A stretch of DNA of 64,000 nucleotides, from NCBI GenBank assembly GCA_038231275.1, contig JBBRLQ010000018.1, positions 32,001-96,000 on the forward strand, read 5' to 3'. How positions within the stretch are numbered: position 1 is the stretch's first letter; the number at the start of each line of letters is the position of its first letter. Below the pieces are notes generated by a model, which searched no databases, had not been told where the DNA came from, and saw only the letters and a list, made by a program, of their open reading frames with translations. This stretch comes from Polyangiales bacterium. Its GTDB lineage: Bacteria; Myxococcota_A; Polyangia; Polyangiales; Polyangiaceae. Made by a program: the position numbers and the translations under genes. This document shows positions 46,972 to 60,200 of the stretch, one piece after another.

Positions 46972-49139
46972 GCCGCCTCCGGATCGCCGAGGCGCTTCGA
47001 CATCACGCGCGACGACACCGCGAGCAAGCCGAAGATGAGGACCGCGTAGGCCGCCGCGTAGCCGTACTGCGCATCCTTGGTGAACGCCCAGCGGTACGCC
47101 TCGCTCACGAGGATGTCGGTCGCGCCGTCGGGCTCGCCGCCCGAGACGAGGAACACGACGTTGAACATGTTGAACGTCCACACCGCGCCGAGCACGACCG
47201 CGGGCAGGAGCGCGGGCTTCAAGAGCGGCATCGTCACGAACCGGAAGCGTTGCCACCGCGTCGCGCCGTCGACCGACGCGGCCTCCAGCACGTCCTTCGG
47301 GATCGACGTGAGCGCGCCCATCGTGACGACCATCATGAACGGGAAGCCGAGCCACACGTTGGTCGCGACGTTGGCGGCAAAGGCGGTGCTGAAGTGCGAA
47401 AACCACGACACCGGCTCGGCGCCGAGCCACGTCAGGATCGCGTTGATCGCGCCAAATTGCCTATGAAACATGCCCTTCCACGCGAGCGCCGTCACGTACG
47501 AAGGCACCGCCCACGGGAGGATGAGGAGGATTCGGTAGACCGCACGTATCTTCATCCACGCGCGCGAGAGCGCCGTGCCGGCCGCGACGCCGATGGCCAC
47601 GTGGAGCGACACGTTCACGACCGTCCACACCACCGTCACCAGGAGCGTCAGGTAGAACGAGCCGTGGCCGAGCAGATCGCCGCCGCGCGCGGTCATGATC
47701 GCGAGGTAGTTCGCGAGGCCGACGTAGATGGGCGCGTCACGCGTGCCGGCAAAGAGCGACGTGAGCGCCCCGGCAGCGAGCGGGAACACGACGAGGAGAC
47801 CGACGGTGATGACGGCGTGGGTGACGTAGCGGTAGGCGGGCATCGACGCGCGGAGCTCCGCGCGAAAGCCGGGAGCGCGCGCGCGGCGGACGGCGAGCGC
47901 GGCGAGACCGAGGAGGACGAGCCCCCCGATCGCGAGGCCTGGCGTCGGCGACGCGGCGGGCGGCGGCGGGCGCATCGTGTCCTCCCAGCGGTGCTTCGCT
48001 TGCTCGAGCGCGTCTTTCGAGGTCATGTCACCGCGGAGCGCTTTCAGGATCGCCTGGTTCGCCGGCACCCACGCCGCGCGCATGGCGGGCGTCACGGGCG
48101 TCACGATCCCGGTGCGCGCCGCCTCGCGAAAGCTCTGGAGCTGAGGATCGCCTGCGATCGTCGGGTCCTCCCACGCCGAGAGCGTGGCGACCGCCTGACG
48201 ACCTTGCCGCGCGCGCACCACGCTGGCCTCGCGGCTGGCGAGCCATTTGGCGAACGCGCGCGCCGCCGGTGTGGCGTGGGGCGTCGCGCAGACCGCCTCG
48301 ATCGTGACGTACGGCCTCATCGGCTGGCCCGTCGCGCCCAGGATCGGCAGCGGCTCGGAGTGGTAGCGGAGCCCTTTGGCCTCCTCACGCAACTCGGCGG
48401 CGAGCCACGGACCGCTGATCACAGCGGCGACCTGGCCCGTCAAAAAGAGCCGCTTCACGAGCGCGCCGCTCGGCTCGTCGGGGACCGCGCCCGCGCGTGA
48501 CAGATCGCGCACGAAATCGAGCGAGCGCGCCGCGCCGTCACCGACGAACGCGAACTGGTCGTGGTCGTCGAGCATGCGCGCTCCGAATGCGTGCATGAAC
48601 GGCGCATGGAAGAACGCGCTCGTCGACTCGTACGCGAGCGGATAGCCGCCGGGCACTTTGATGGCCGCGAGCTCCTCCATCGTGCGCGGCGCGTGCAGGA
48701 GGAGCGCGTCGTTCAGGAAGAGCACGAGCGCCTTGCCCGCGAGCGGCACGCCGTACGCCACGCCGTCGATCGTTACCGCCGCGAGGCTCGCGGGATCGAG
48801 GCCGCGCCGCGTCTCGTCGTCGAGGCCGTCGCCGATCGGCGCCACGATCCGCTCGCGCAGATAGAAGCCGAGGCGCTCGTGCGGATCGACGAAGAGGTGC
48901 GGCCCGTGGCCTCGCGGGACCGCGGCGCCGAGCTTCGCCGAGTACGCGTCGTGGGGGATCGCGAGGAGATCGATCGTGACGCCCGGGTTCTTCTGTTCGT
49001 ACGTCCGCGCGACCGTCACGAGCGCCGCCTCCTCGTCGCCGCGGTACGCGTGCCAAACGACCACGGCCTCGGCGCGCGCGCGTGCGGCCCCGAGGAGCAC
49101 GGCGAGGGCCGCGAAGAGCGCCAGGAACGACCGCGTCAT
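46968..49139 (-). CDS. Fused solute-binding protein + permease (MalE-MalF-like)
   Basis: Signal peptide, VWHAY, GPHLF, ISGPW SBP domain, then LILPWAVP, EAASVDGA permease. Confidence 0.9.
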   Translation of the reverse strand: MTRSFLALFAALAVLLGAARARAEAVVVWHAYRGDEEAALVTVARTYEQKNPGVTIDLLAIPHDAYSAKLGAAVPRGHGPHLFVDPHERLGFYLRERIVAPIGDGLDDETRRGLDPASLAAVTIDGVAYGVPLAGKALVLFLNDALLLHAPRTMEELAAIKVPGGYPLAYESTSAFFHAPFMHAFGARMLDDHDQFAFVGDGAARSLDFVRDLSRAGAVPDEPSGALVKRLFLTGQVAAVISGPWLAAELREEAKGLRYHSEPLPILGATGQPMRPYVTIEAVCATPHATPAARAFAKWLASREASVVRARQGRQAVATLSAWEDPTIAGDPQLQSFREAARTGIVTPVTPAMRAAWVPANQAILKALRGDMTSKDALEQAKHRWEDTMRPPPPAASPTPGLAIGGLVLLGLAALAVRRARAPGFRAELRASMPAYRYVTHAVITVGLLVVFPLAAGALTSLFAGTRDAPIYVGLANYLAIMTARGGDLLGHGSFYLTLLVTVVWTVVNVSLHVAIGVAAGTALSRAWMKIRAVYRILLILPWAVPSYVTALAWKGMFHRQFGAINAILTWLGAEPVSWFSHFSTAFAANVATNVWLGFPFMMVVTMGALTSIPKDVLEAASVDGATRWQRFRFVTMPLLKPALLPAVVLGAVWTFNMFNVVFLVSGGEPDGATDILVSEAYRWAFTKDAQYGYAAAYAVLIFGLLAVSSRVMSKRLGDPEAA

Positions 49140-49143
49140 GCAG

Positions 49144-50340
49144 CTACTCGGCGTCGAGCGCGCGTCCCGTCTCGGGATCAAAAAGGTGCACTTTGCACGG
49201 ATCTACGGTGAGCGGCAGCGTGTCGCCGGTCTTCACGCGGCGCGCATCCTCGGCGTCGAGCCGGGCGATGACGCGCGGACCGCTCGCGCGAAGCCAACCG
49301 TGCGCGAACGCCTCGAAGCCAAGCGCTTCGACGATCTCGACCTTGAGGGAGCACGCCGCGGGACCGGAGCCCGCCGGCACGAAGTCGTGTGGACGCACGC
49401 CGAACGTGACCTTGCGTCCGGGCGTCAGCGCCGACCTGAAGCGATCCTCGTCGACCTTCACCGAGAGCCCGCCTCCTTCGGCGTAGATCGCGCCGTCCTT
49501 CGACACGAGCGTGCCGGTCTCGAGGTTCATCTGCGGCGAGCCCAGGAAGGTGGCGACGAACTTCGTGCGCGGGCGCTCGTACACTTCGAGCGGCGCGCCC
49601 TTCTGCTCGACGAGGCCCTTGTTCATGACCCACAGCGTGTCGGCGAGCGTCATCGCCTCCACTTGGTCGTGGGTGACGTAGAGCGTTGTCGCGCCGAGGC
49701 GATCGTGGAGGCGCCGGATCTCGACGCGCACCTCGGCGCGCAACGCGGCGTCGAGGTTCGAGAGCGGCTCGTCGAAGAGGAAGATCGAGGGGCGACGGAC
49801 GATCGCGCGCCCCATCGCCACGCGCTGCCGTTGCCCGCCGGAGAGCTGCTTCGGGAGGCGATCGAGCAGCGCGTCGAGGCCCAGCATCGTGCTCGCCTCG
49901 CGGATGCGCGACGCGATCTCGTTCTCGGCGGCGCCGCGGAGCTTGAGGCCGAACGCCAGGTTGTCCCGCACGCTGAGGTGTGGGTAGAGCGCGTAGCTCT
50001 GGAAGACCATCGCGACGTCGCGATCGCGCGGGGGCAGGCGCGTCACGTCCTTGCCCGCGAGGGAGAGCGTGCCCTCATCTGCCTCTTCGAGGCCGGCGAC
50101 GAGGCGGAGGAGCGTGCTCTTGCCGCAGCCGCTCGAGCCGACGAGGACGGCGAAAGAGCCCTCGGCGATCTCCAAATCGACGCCGCGAAGGATGGGCGTC
50201 GTGCCGAACGACTTCTTCACGCCGTGCACGGCGCAACGAATCGGTTTGGGCGACGCGACCGGGACCGGCGTCTCGGTGGCGGTTGTCGCCGCGCTCGCCG
50301 CCGGCCCTTGCCGCGGCGCGATCCCTGCGTCTGCCATCAT
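49144..50340 (-). CDS. Sugar ABC transporter ATPase (MalK-like)
   Basis: GSSGCGKS, LSGGQRQR, LFDEPLSNLD, YVTHDQ, TOBE tail. Confidence 0.95.
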   Translation of the reverse strand: MMADAGIAPRQGPAASAATTATETPVPVASPKPIRCAVHGVKKSFGTTPILRGVDLEIAEGSFAVLVGSSGCGKSTLLRLVAGLEEADEGTLSLAGKDVTRLPPRDRDVAMVFQSYALYPHLSVRDNLAFGLKLRGAAENEIASRIREASTMLGLDALLDRLPKQLSGGQRQRVAMGRAIVRRPSIFLFDEPLSNLDAALRAEVRVEIRRLHDRLGATTLYVTHDQVEAMTLADTLWVMNKGLVEQKGAPLEVYERPRTKFVATFLGSPQMNLETGTLVSKDGAIYAEGGGLSVKVDEDRFRSALTPGRKVTFGVRPHDFVPAGSGPAACSLKVEIVEALGFEAFAHGWLRASGPRVIARLDAEDARRVKTGDTLPLTVDPCKVHLFDPETGRALDAE

Positions 50341-50382
50341 GGTGCACTCTACCGGCCCACCCCCGCCTCGGGCGGGCGAGCG

Positions 50383-50406
50383 ACGTAACGTACCTCTGAG
50401 TTACGT
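50383..50406. promoter_or_regulatory. Inverted-repeat operator candidate upstream of sugar ABC operon
   Basis: ACGTAAC-N10-GTTACGT. Confidence 0.55.
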
Positions 50407-50459
50407 TCAGGCAAGCGCAAATTGACGGTCGCGTGTCGATCTTGGACGATCCCGGACGA

Positions 50460-51578
50460 TCACGCGGCGCTGCCGGGCGCGAGCGCCTCTGCCCAGCCCT
50501 CAGCCCACCCGACGACGCGATCGGCCGTCCAGCGCGGGACCAGCAGGCGCGCGCGGCGTCCCATCGCGCCGACGCCGCGACGGCGGACCTCGAGGAGCGC
50601 CGCGGCGATGTCGGCAGGGCGCGACGCGATCCCCGCGCCGCCGTCGACGACGAACGCCTCGTTGAGCGTCTCGTTGCCGGGCACGGCGCCGACGACGATC
50701 ATCGGGCGCCCGGCGGCGAGCGTCTCGGACACGGTCAGCCCGCCCGATTTTCCGACGACGACGTGCGCCTCGGCGACGCGCGCCGGCATGTCGCGCTCGA
50801 AGCCGAGGACGCGCGCGCGCACACCGGCCTCCGCGGCGTCGCGCTCCACTTTGGCCGCGAGATCCTTCGCAGCGCCGCATACGACGGTCAGCTCGACACC
50901 GGGCACGCCTGCGAGGGCGCGGACGATCTGGCGCATGGGGCCAACGCCGAAGCCGCCGCTCGTGACCAGCACCCGCATCGGCTCGCCGGCCGCCGGCGCC
51001 TTCACGTCGGGGATCGCGTGGAACTCGCGCCGCACGGGAATTCCGGTCACTTCGATCCGCCGCGCTTCGATGCCGTGCGCCTCGAGCTCTCGCTTCGCGA
51101 GCGCGCACGGGACGGCGAACCCGTCGACGCCGCGCTCGGCCCACACCGCGTGGCTCGTGTAGTCGGTGACCACCCCGATGAGCGGCGCATCCAGGCGTCC
51201 TTGCCGCCGCGCGCGACCCAGGACGACGAGCGGCAGGTGGTGCGTGGCCACCACCGCCCGCGGGCGGAGCGACAGGACGCGCGCGACGAGGGGCGCCAAC
51301 GCGATATGATCGACCCCGCGGCGCAGCGGTTCGAGGGCCCCACCGGTTCGATTCGCCGCGAAGTACAGCGGCCCGTAGAGCTGCGGAAGCGCGCCTTGTC
51401 CGGTGAGGTGCGCCTGCACGTACGTGCGACCGAACAGCGCGGGCGCGTAGTCGAACGCGTCGAGCACGGTGACGCCGAGACCGCGCGCGCGCGCCGCCTC
51501 GCAGACTGCGAGCGCCGCGGCCTTGTGACCGCCGCCGACGGGGCTGTGGATGACGACCAGATCGCTCGTTTGGGCCAT
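50460..51578 (-). CDS. MGDG synthase/UgtP-like glycosyltransferase (GT28)
   Basis: GGGHKAAA, VVTDY, TGIPV, KSGGLTVSE, PGNETLN. Confidence 0.88.
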   Translation of the reverse strand: MAQTSDLVVIHSPVGGGHKAAALAVCEAARARGLGVTVLDAFDYAPALFGRTYVQAHLTGQGALPQLYGPLYFAANRTGGALEPLRRGVDHIALAPLVARVLSLRPRAVVATHHLPLVVLGRARRQGRLDAPLIGVVTDYTSHAVWAERGVDGFAVPCALAKRELEAHGIEARRIEVTGIPVRREFHAIPDVKAPAAGEPMRVLVTSGGFGVGPMRQIVRALAGVPGVELTVVCGAAKDLAAKVERDAAEAGVRARVLGFERDMPARVAEAHVVVGKSGGLTVSETLAAGRPMIVVGAVPGNETLNEAFVVDGGAGIASRPADIAAALLEVRRRGVGAMGRRARLLVPRWTADRVVGWAEGWAEALAPGSAA

Positions 51579-51588
51579 GCCTTCCCAA

Positions 51589-51605
51589 AAGCAAGGCGCG
51601 CGCCG
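51589..51605 (-). promoter_or_regulatory. Candidate sigma54 promoter of GT28 gene
   Basis: Minus strand CGGCGCG-CGCC-TTGCTT (GG-N10-GC); AT-rich tract upstream. Confidence 0.55.
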
Positions 51606-51745
51606 ACCGCCAAGTACTCGAATTTACATATCGTCAGATGGTAAACTGGTTCAACCACTCAACGAGAGGTGTGTACCGTTCGCGCCACGTGCGTACGGCA
51701 GTGCCCGCCGGCCCCTCTTCACGGGCGGGCGTCAGGGGTCGCTCC

Positions 51746-53124
<1,379 letters not shown>

Positions 53125-53128
<4 letters not shown>

Positions 53129-54510
53129 GCCGCTTGCTCCGTCGAGGCAGCGGCGGCGGCGGGCAGGGTCAGCTCGAAACGTGTCGCATCGCCGTGGCGC
53201 GCGTAGGTCACCTCGCCGTCGTGCGCCCGCGCGACGGCGCGCGAGATCGCCAGACCGAGGCCGGTGCCCTCGGCCTTCGTCGTGAAGAACGGCTCGAAGA
53301 GCTCCGAGGCGCGATCGCCGGGCACGCCGGCGCCGTGATCCGTCACTGCGACCACCGCCGAGTCTCCACGTCGCGCCACCGCGACCTCGACGGTGGCGCC
53401 GTAGGGCGACGCCTCGATCGCGTTGCGGAGGAGGTTGTCGATGGCGCGCGCGATCGAGTCGCAATCGGTGGACGCGCGCGCGTCGCCGGTCACCGTCACG
53501 GTCACGCCGCGCTCCTGCGACCACGCGGCGAGCCCGTCGGCGCGGCTCCGCACGAGCGCGCCCAGCGACGCCGGGGCCTTGGGACCGATGGCGCGCCCCG
53601 CGACGACGAGGAGATCGGCCACGAGCCTGTCGAGACGCGAGATCTCCGACGACGCGTGCGTGATCGCCTTGCCGACGACGTCCGGCTGGGCGCCCTTGGC
53701 GGCGGCGAGATCGAGGCGAAGCTTGATCGACGCCAGCGGATTTCGGACCTCGTGCGCGACGCCGGCGACGACGCGGCCGAGCGCGGCGAGGCGCTCCTGC
53801 CGTGCGAGCTCGCGACCGAGGCGCTCCTCTTCGTTCTTTGCGCGCGCGAGGCTCTGCGCGAGGACGGCGATTCCATCGGCTACGTCGCTCAGCTCTCGCA
53901 CGGTAGGCCGCGGGATCGTCGCGTTCAGATCGCTAGCGAGTGCGACCATCGACGCTTGCAGCTCCGCGGCGCCGCGGTTGACCGTCACGACCGCGCGCAC
54001 CGCGCTCGCGACGAGCAGGGTGGTCGCGATCGCGAGGAGGACGACGATCCACTGCCAGCGGCGGAGCGACGGCAGCGGGCGCACGAAAAATCCCGCCCAA
54101 ACGCAGGCGCCGCGCGCTCCCTTCGGATCGGGCTCGGCGGCGACGACGAGCGTTGCCTCTCCGACGGGAACCTCTTCGACGGTTCGGGCCCCGCGCTCGA
54201 TCGCGTGGGCCAGGACGCCACGAAGCGGCGCCGCCCAGGGATCGGGGAGCGCATCTGGAGTGACGCCCGCGCCGTCCCATCTCCCGCCCCGCATCCCCAC
54301 GTAGCCGACACTGTTGGGCTCGGTGATGTCGGCGGGGCGTCGCGCCAAGCGATCCATCTCTTCGACGACGCCGTCTCGGGCGCGTTCGATACGCTGCGCA
54401 GTGCTCGTGGTCAGGAGATGCACGAGCGCCACGAGAGACAAGACGCTCGTGAGGACGCCGAGGACGACGACCGTGAGGAGGCGATGTCGAATCAGGTGCG
54501 TCTTGACCAC
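53125..54510 (-). CDS. Sensor histidine kinase
   Basis: Two TMs, HAMP-like linker, HEVRNPL, NAIEA, DHGAG, FFTTK, GTGLGL. Confidence 0.93.
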
Positions 54511-54688
54511 GTCAGCGACCTTAGCAAGGGCGGTTCCCGACCGCGACCTTGCCCGCCGCAGCTGCAAGTGCGCGACCTGCGCACCGGAGGTTGATCTCGA
54601 CCGTTCCGAATCGTTACACCTGTTCTCGCGGCGTACACGTTCGGGTGCGCCGCCGCCGCGCTGACGCTGCGTTCGGGCAAGGCTTGCG

Positions 54689-54703
54689 TGGCGCGCTTGT
54701 TGC
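54689..54703 (+). promoter_or_regulatory. sigma54 promoter of the efflux operon
   Basis: TGGCGCG-CTTG-TTGC, one mismatch to TGGCACG-N4-TTGC. Confidence 0.75.
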
Positions 54704-54720
54704 CCCAGCGGGCCCGTCCA

Positions 54721-56022
54721 ATGGTGCTTTTTCTGCCCCTCGTCCTTCCGGTGCTCCTGCAAGCCGCGCCTCCGCCTGCGCCAACGGCCGCTCCGTCGTC
54801 GTCGTCCGAGTCACGCGTGCTCGGTCTCGACGAGGCCGTCCAGGTCGCGCTCAAACACCAACCCACCATCCTCCAGGCGCAGGCGACGACCCGCGCGGCG
54901 TCGGGTAGGGCCGATCAGGCGCGCTCCGGGCTCCTTCCTCAGGTATCCGGCGCGGCATCGTACAACCGCGCGCACGGACCGATCGTCGGCGCCGCGGGGT
55001 CGCAGAGCGCAGGGACCTACGATCTCTTCAACTTCAGCGCGAGCGCCACGCAGCTCATCTGGGATTTCGGCCAGACCTACGAGCGCACGCGCGCCGCCGA
55101 AAGGTCCACCGACGCCTTCCGCGTCTCCGAGCGCACGACGGAGCTCACCGTTGTCCTCAACGTGCGCCGCGCGTACTTCCAAGCGCGCGCGCAGAAGCAG
55201 CTGATTCGCGTCGCTGAAGACACGCTCGCCAACCTCGAGCGGCACTTGAAGCAGATCCAGGGCTTCGTGACCGTCGGCACGCGCCCCGAGATCGATCTCG
55301 CCCAGGCCAAGAGCGATTTGGCGACCGAGCGCGTGGTCCTCATCAACGCGCAGAACGGCTACCGCATCGGCAAGGCGCAGCTCGCGGTCGCGATGGGGAC
55401 GCCTGGCGGCGACTTCGAGGTGTCGAACGACGAGCTCGGTGCGATCGACGTCGAGGAGCAGCCGGTCGACCAGCTCACCAAGACGGCGCTGGCGGCGAGG
55501 CCCGAGCTCGCGAGCCTCACGCGCCAGAGCGAGTCGCAGGCGCTGACCGTCAAAGGGCTCAAGGGTGCCTACGGGCCGACGCTCTCTGCGGCAGCAGGCG
55601 CGGGCGAGTCGGGCACAGCGCTCGACGCGCTCGCAGGCCGCTGGAACGTCGGCGCGACGGTGGCGTGGCCGATTTTCCAGGGCGGCCTCACCAGGGGGCA
55701 GGTCCGCGAGGCCGAAGCCAACCTCGACGTCACCCGCGCGCAGCTCGATTTGCAGAAGCTTCAAGTGCGCCTCGACGTCGAGCAGGCCGCGCTCAACGTG
55801 CGCGCTGCGAAGAGCGAGATCTTGGCGACGAACGAGGCCCTCGTGAACACGAAGGAGCGCCTTCGCCTCGCCGAGGGTCGCTACGAAGCGGGCGTCGGTG
55901 CCATCATCGAGCTCGGCGACGCGCAGGTCGCCGCCTCCGCCGCCGCCGCGCAGGTGGTCCAGGCCGAGTTCGACCTCTCCGTGGCGCGCGCACAACTCCT
56001 CACCGCGATGGGAAGACGATGA
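54721..56022 (+). CDS. TolC-family outer-membrane efflux protein
   Basis: L.LDEAV..AL..QP, LIWDFG, RPEL, PIFQGG, RYEAG. Confidence 0.92.
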   Translation: MVLFLPLVLPVLLQAAPPPAPTAAPSSSSESRVLGLDEAVQVALKHQPTILQAQATTRAASGRADQARSGLLPQVSGAASYNRAHGPIVGAAGSQSAGTYDLFNFSASATQLIWDFGQTYERTRAAERSTDAFRVSERTTELTVVLNVRRAYFQARAQKQLIRVAEDTLANLERHLKQIQGFVTVGTRPEIDLAQAKSDLATERVVLINAQNGYRIGKAQLAVAMGTPGGDFEVSNDELGAIDVEEQPVDQLTKTALAARPELASLTRQSESQALTVKGLKGAYGPTLSAAAGAGESGTALDALAGRWNVGATVAWPIFQGGLTRGQVREAEANLDVTRAQLDLQKLQVRLDVEQAALNVRAAKSEILATNEALVNTKERLRLAEGRYEAGVGAIIELGDAQVAASAAAAQVVQAEFDLSVARAQLLTAMGRR

Positions 56023-57230
56023 CGATCGAAGCGCTCGACCCGCCCCAGGACCCGCACCCGCAGCCGCAGCCGGTCCGTCGCAGCAGCGCGGCGCGGTGGA
56101 TCTTCGTCGTGCTCGCGATCGCCATCCTCGGCGGAATCGGCTGGTTTTTCCGCGGTCGCGTGATGAAGCCCGCCGCTGTCGGCCCGGTCACCGCCGGCAG
56201 CGCCGACCGCGTCGTGCCGGTGCAGACCGCCGCCGTCGCCGTCCGTGACGTCCCCATCTACCTCGAGGGCCTAGGTAACGTGATGCCGATCGCGTCGGTG
56301 CAGGTGAGGCCGCAGGTCGATGGTCGTCTCGACACCGTGGCGTTCAAAGAAGGGCAGAAGGTCAAACGCGGAGACTTGCTCGCGCAGGTCGATCCGCGGC
56401 CCTTCGTCATCCAGCTCCACAACGCCGAGGCCTCCCTGGCCAAGGACTCCGCGCAGCTCCGCAATGGGCAGCTGAACCTCGAGCGCTACAAGACGCTCCG
56501 CCAGCAGAGCCTCATCCCCCAGCAGCAGGTCGATGATCAGCAGACGCTCGCCGATCAGTACGTGGGCGCCGTCCGCGCCGACGAGGCGGCGGTCGAGGCC
56601 GCGAAGCTGAACCTCGACTACGCGCGCATCGTCTCGCCCATCGACGGCGTCGTCGGTGTTCGCCAGGTCGATCCCGGCAACTTGGTGCGCGCGTCGGATC
56701 CGACCGGCATCGTCGTCGTCACGCAGCTCGATCCGATCGCGGTCCTCTTCACGCTGCCCCAGGACGATCTCGGCGCCATCTCCACCGAGATGGCGAAGGG
56801 CACGCTCGTCGTCGACGCGCTCAGCCGCGAGGGGGACAAGAAGCTCGCGAGCGGCAAGCTCACCGTCATCGACAACCAGATCAACACGACCACCGCGACG
56901 ATCCGCCTCAAGGCGACCTTCGACAACCCCGATCGCGTCCTGTGGCCGAACGCGTTCGTGAAGGCGCGCATCACGTTGAGCACGCGCAAGGGCGCGACGG
57001 TGATCCCCGCCTCCGCCGTGCAGCGCGGCCCGCAAGGGACCTTCGCGTACGTCGCCGCCGCGGACAAGACGGCGCAGATGCGGCCGATCGAGATCGACGC
57101 GACCGTCGGCGAGGTCTCGATCGTCGCCAAGGGCCTCCAGCCCGGCGAGCAGGTCGTCATCGACGGCCAGAACCAGCTGCGTCCCGGCGCCAAGATCTCG
57201 CCGACGGCGCCGGCCAGGAGCGCTCCTTGA
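56019..57230 (+). CDS. mdtA: RND periplasmic adaptor (MdtA-like)
   Basis: VRPQVDG, EGQ.VK.GD.LAQVDPRPF, I.SPIDG, IDNQI. Confidence 0.88.
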   Translation: MTIEALDPPQDPHPQPQPVRRSSAARWIFVVLAIAILGGIGWFFRGRVMKPAAVGPVTAGSADRVVPVQTAAVAVRDVPIYLEGLGNVMPIASVQVRPQVDGRLDTVAFKEGQKVKRGDLLAQVDPRPFVIQLHNAEASLAKDSAQLRNGQLNLERYKTLRQQSLIPQQQVDDQQTLADQYVGAVRADEAAVEAAKLNLDYARIVSPIDGVVGVRQVDPGNLVRASDPTGIVVVTQLDPIAVLFTLPQDDLGAISTEMAKGTLVVDALSREGDKKLASGKLTVIDNQINTTTATIRLKATFDNPDRVLWPNAFVKARITLSTRKGATVIPASAVQRGPQGTFAYVAAADKTAQMRPIEIDATVGEVSIVAKGLQPGEQVVIDGQNQLRPGAKISPTAPARSAP

Positions 57231-60200
57231 GCATCTCGGAGCCGTTCATCCGGAGGCCGGTCGCCACGACCCTCCTCATGTTCGGCGTTCTGCTCGCCGG
57301 GATCGTCGGCTTCCGTCAGCTGCCCGTCTCTGCGCTCCCGCAGGTCGATTACCCCACGATTCAGGTCGCGACGTACCTTCCGGGCGCGAGCGCCGAGACG
57401 ATGGTGAGCGCCGTCACGACGCCGCTCGAGCGCCAGTTCGGACAGATGCCCGCGCTCGCGCAGATGACCAGCGTGTCCTCGTTCGGCAGCTCGCAGATCA
57501 CGCTTCAGTTCACGCTCCAGCGCAACATCGACGCCGCCGAGCAAGACGTGCAGGCCGCCATCAACGCCGCGTCGAGCCTGCTGCCGCGCACGCTCCCGGT
57601 GCCGCCCGTCTACAGCAAGGCCAACCCCGCCGACACGCCAATCCTCACGATGAGCGTGAGCTCCGACACGCTCCCGCTCAACGAGGTCGACGACGTCGCC
57701 GACTCCATCCTCGCGCAAAAGATCTCGCAGGTGTCGGGCGTCGGCCTCGTCACGATCAACGGCGGGCAGAAGCCGGCGGTGCGCGTGCAGGTCGATCCGC
57801 AGGCGCTCGCGGGGAGCGGCCTCAGCCTCGAGGAGGTGCGGCTCGCGCTCGTCGCGGCGAACGTGAACCAGCCGAAGGGGACCATCGACGGTCCGCGCCA
57901 GTCCTTCACGATCGCCACCAACGATCAGCTCTTCAAGGCCGCCGCGTTCAAGCCGCTCGTCCTCGCCTACAAGAACGGCGCGCCGGTGCGCCTGGTCGAC
58001 GTCGCGAACGTCTCCGACGGCGTGGAGAATTCGCAGCTCGCGGGGTGGTCCAACGAGAAGCGCGCGATCATCATGAACGTGCAGCGCCAGCCGGGCGCGA
58101 ACGTCATCGAGGTCGCCGACCGCATCAAGGCGCTCCTCCCGCAGCTCCAAGCGTCGCTCCCACCGGGCATCGAGGTGAAGATCGTCAGCGATCGCACCGA
58201 GACCGTGCGCGCGTCGGTGGAGGACGTCGAGAAGACGCTGGCGCTGACGATCGCGCTCGTCGTCGGCGTCATCTACATCTTCTTGCGGAACATCCGCGCC
58301 ACGGTGATTCCAGGCGTCGCCGTGCCGCTGTCGCTCGTCGGCACGTTCGGCATCATGTACTTGCTCGGATACAGCCTGAATAACCTGTCGTTGATGGCGC
58401 TCACCATCTCGACAGGCTTCGTCGTCGACGACGCGATCGTCATGATCGAGAACATCGCGCGCTACATCGAGCACGGCGATCCGCCCTTCGTCGCGGCGCT
58501 CAAGGGGGCCAAGCAGATCGGCTTCACGATCGTGTCGCTCACGGTGTCGCTCGTGGCGGTGCTCATCCCGCTGCTCTTCATGGGCGGAATCATCGGGCGC
58601 CTGTTCCGCGAGTTCGCCGTCACGCTCGCCGTCGCGATCGCGGTCTCCGCCGTTCTCTCGCTCACCCTCACCGCGATGATGTGCGCGCACATGCTCAAGC
58701 CCGAGCCGCCGCCCTCCGAGCGTGGATGGTTCTACCGAACGAGCGAGCGCGGCTTCGACGCCGTCCTGGCCCTCTACGATCGCGGCCTAAAGGTCGTGCT
58801 GCGCCATCAACTCACGACGCTCCTCGTCACCCTCGGAACCGTCGCCTTCACGGTCTACCTCGCGTGGGTCGTGCCGAAGGGCTTCTTCCCGCAGCAGGAC
58901 ACTGGCCTCATCCTCGGCGTGTCGGAGGCGCCGGCCGAAGTGTCGTTCCCGCGCATGCTCGGACTCCAGCGCGCGCTCGCCGACGTGATCATGAAGGATC
59001 CCGACGTCGAGAACGTCGCGTCGTTCATCGGCTCCGACGGCACCAACCCGACGACGAACAGCGGCCGCCTCTCGATCACCCTAAAGCCGCGCGATCAGAG
59101 GAGCGCCAGCGCCGACGAGGTGATCCAGCGCTTGAAGCCCCACCTCGCCGCCGTCGAAGGGGTCGAGGCGTACCTGCAATCCGTGCAAGATCTCCAGATC
59201 GATACGCGTGTAGGACGCACACAATTTCAGTACACGCTGGAAGACGCCGACGCGAAGGAGCTCGCGACATGGGCGCCGCAGATGCTCGCGAAGCTGCGCA
59301 CGCTCCCCTCCTTACGCGACGTCGCCAGCGATCAACAGACGACCGGCCTCCAGATGTCGGTCACGATCGATCGCGACACGGCGTCGCGCCTCGGCATCTC
59401 GCCGCAGCTGATCGACGACACGCTCTACGACGCGTTTGGACAGCGCCAGATCTCGACGATCTTCACGCAGCTGAATCTCTACCGCGTCGTCCTCGAGGTG
59501 AAGCCGGAGTTCCAGGATCGCCCCGAGGCGCTGCAGCAGATCTACGTGCGCGCGCAGTCGGGGGAGCAAGTGCCCCTGAGCGCCTTCGTGAAGCTGTCGC
59601 ATACCAGCGCGCCGCTCGCGATCAGCCATCAGGGGCAATTCCCGGCGATCACGCTTTCGTTCAACGTGGCCGACGGCGTGGCGCTCGGGCAGGCGGTCGA
59701 AGCCATCCACGCGGCGGAGGCCGATCTCGGTCTCCCGCCCGGCGTGCACGCGAGCTTTCAGGGCACCGCGCAAGCGTTCAAAGAGTCCCTCGCGAGCGAG
59801 CCGATCCTCATCCTGGCCGCGCTCATCACCGTCTACATCGTCCTCGGCATCCTCTACGAGAGCTACATCCACCCCGTCACGATCCTCTCGACGCTCCCGT
59901 CGGCCGGCGTAGGGGCGCTGCTCGCGCTGATGATCTGTCGCGTGGAGTTCAGCGTCATCGCGCTCATAGGGATCATCCTGCTCATCGGCATCGTGAAGAA
60001 GAACGCGATCATGATGATCGACTTCGCGCTCGAGGCGGAGCGCGACCACGGCCTGACGCCGGAGCAGTCCATCTACCAGGCGTGCCTGCTTCGCTTCCGG
60101 CCCATCATGATGACGACGGCCGCGGCGCTCCTCGGCGGCATCCCCCTCGCGCTCGGCACCGGCACCGGCTCGGAGCTTCGTCAGCCGCTCGGCATCACGA

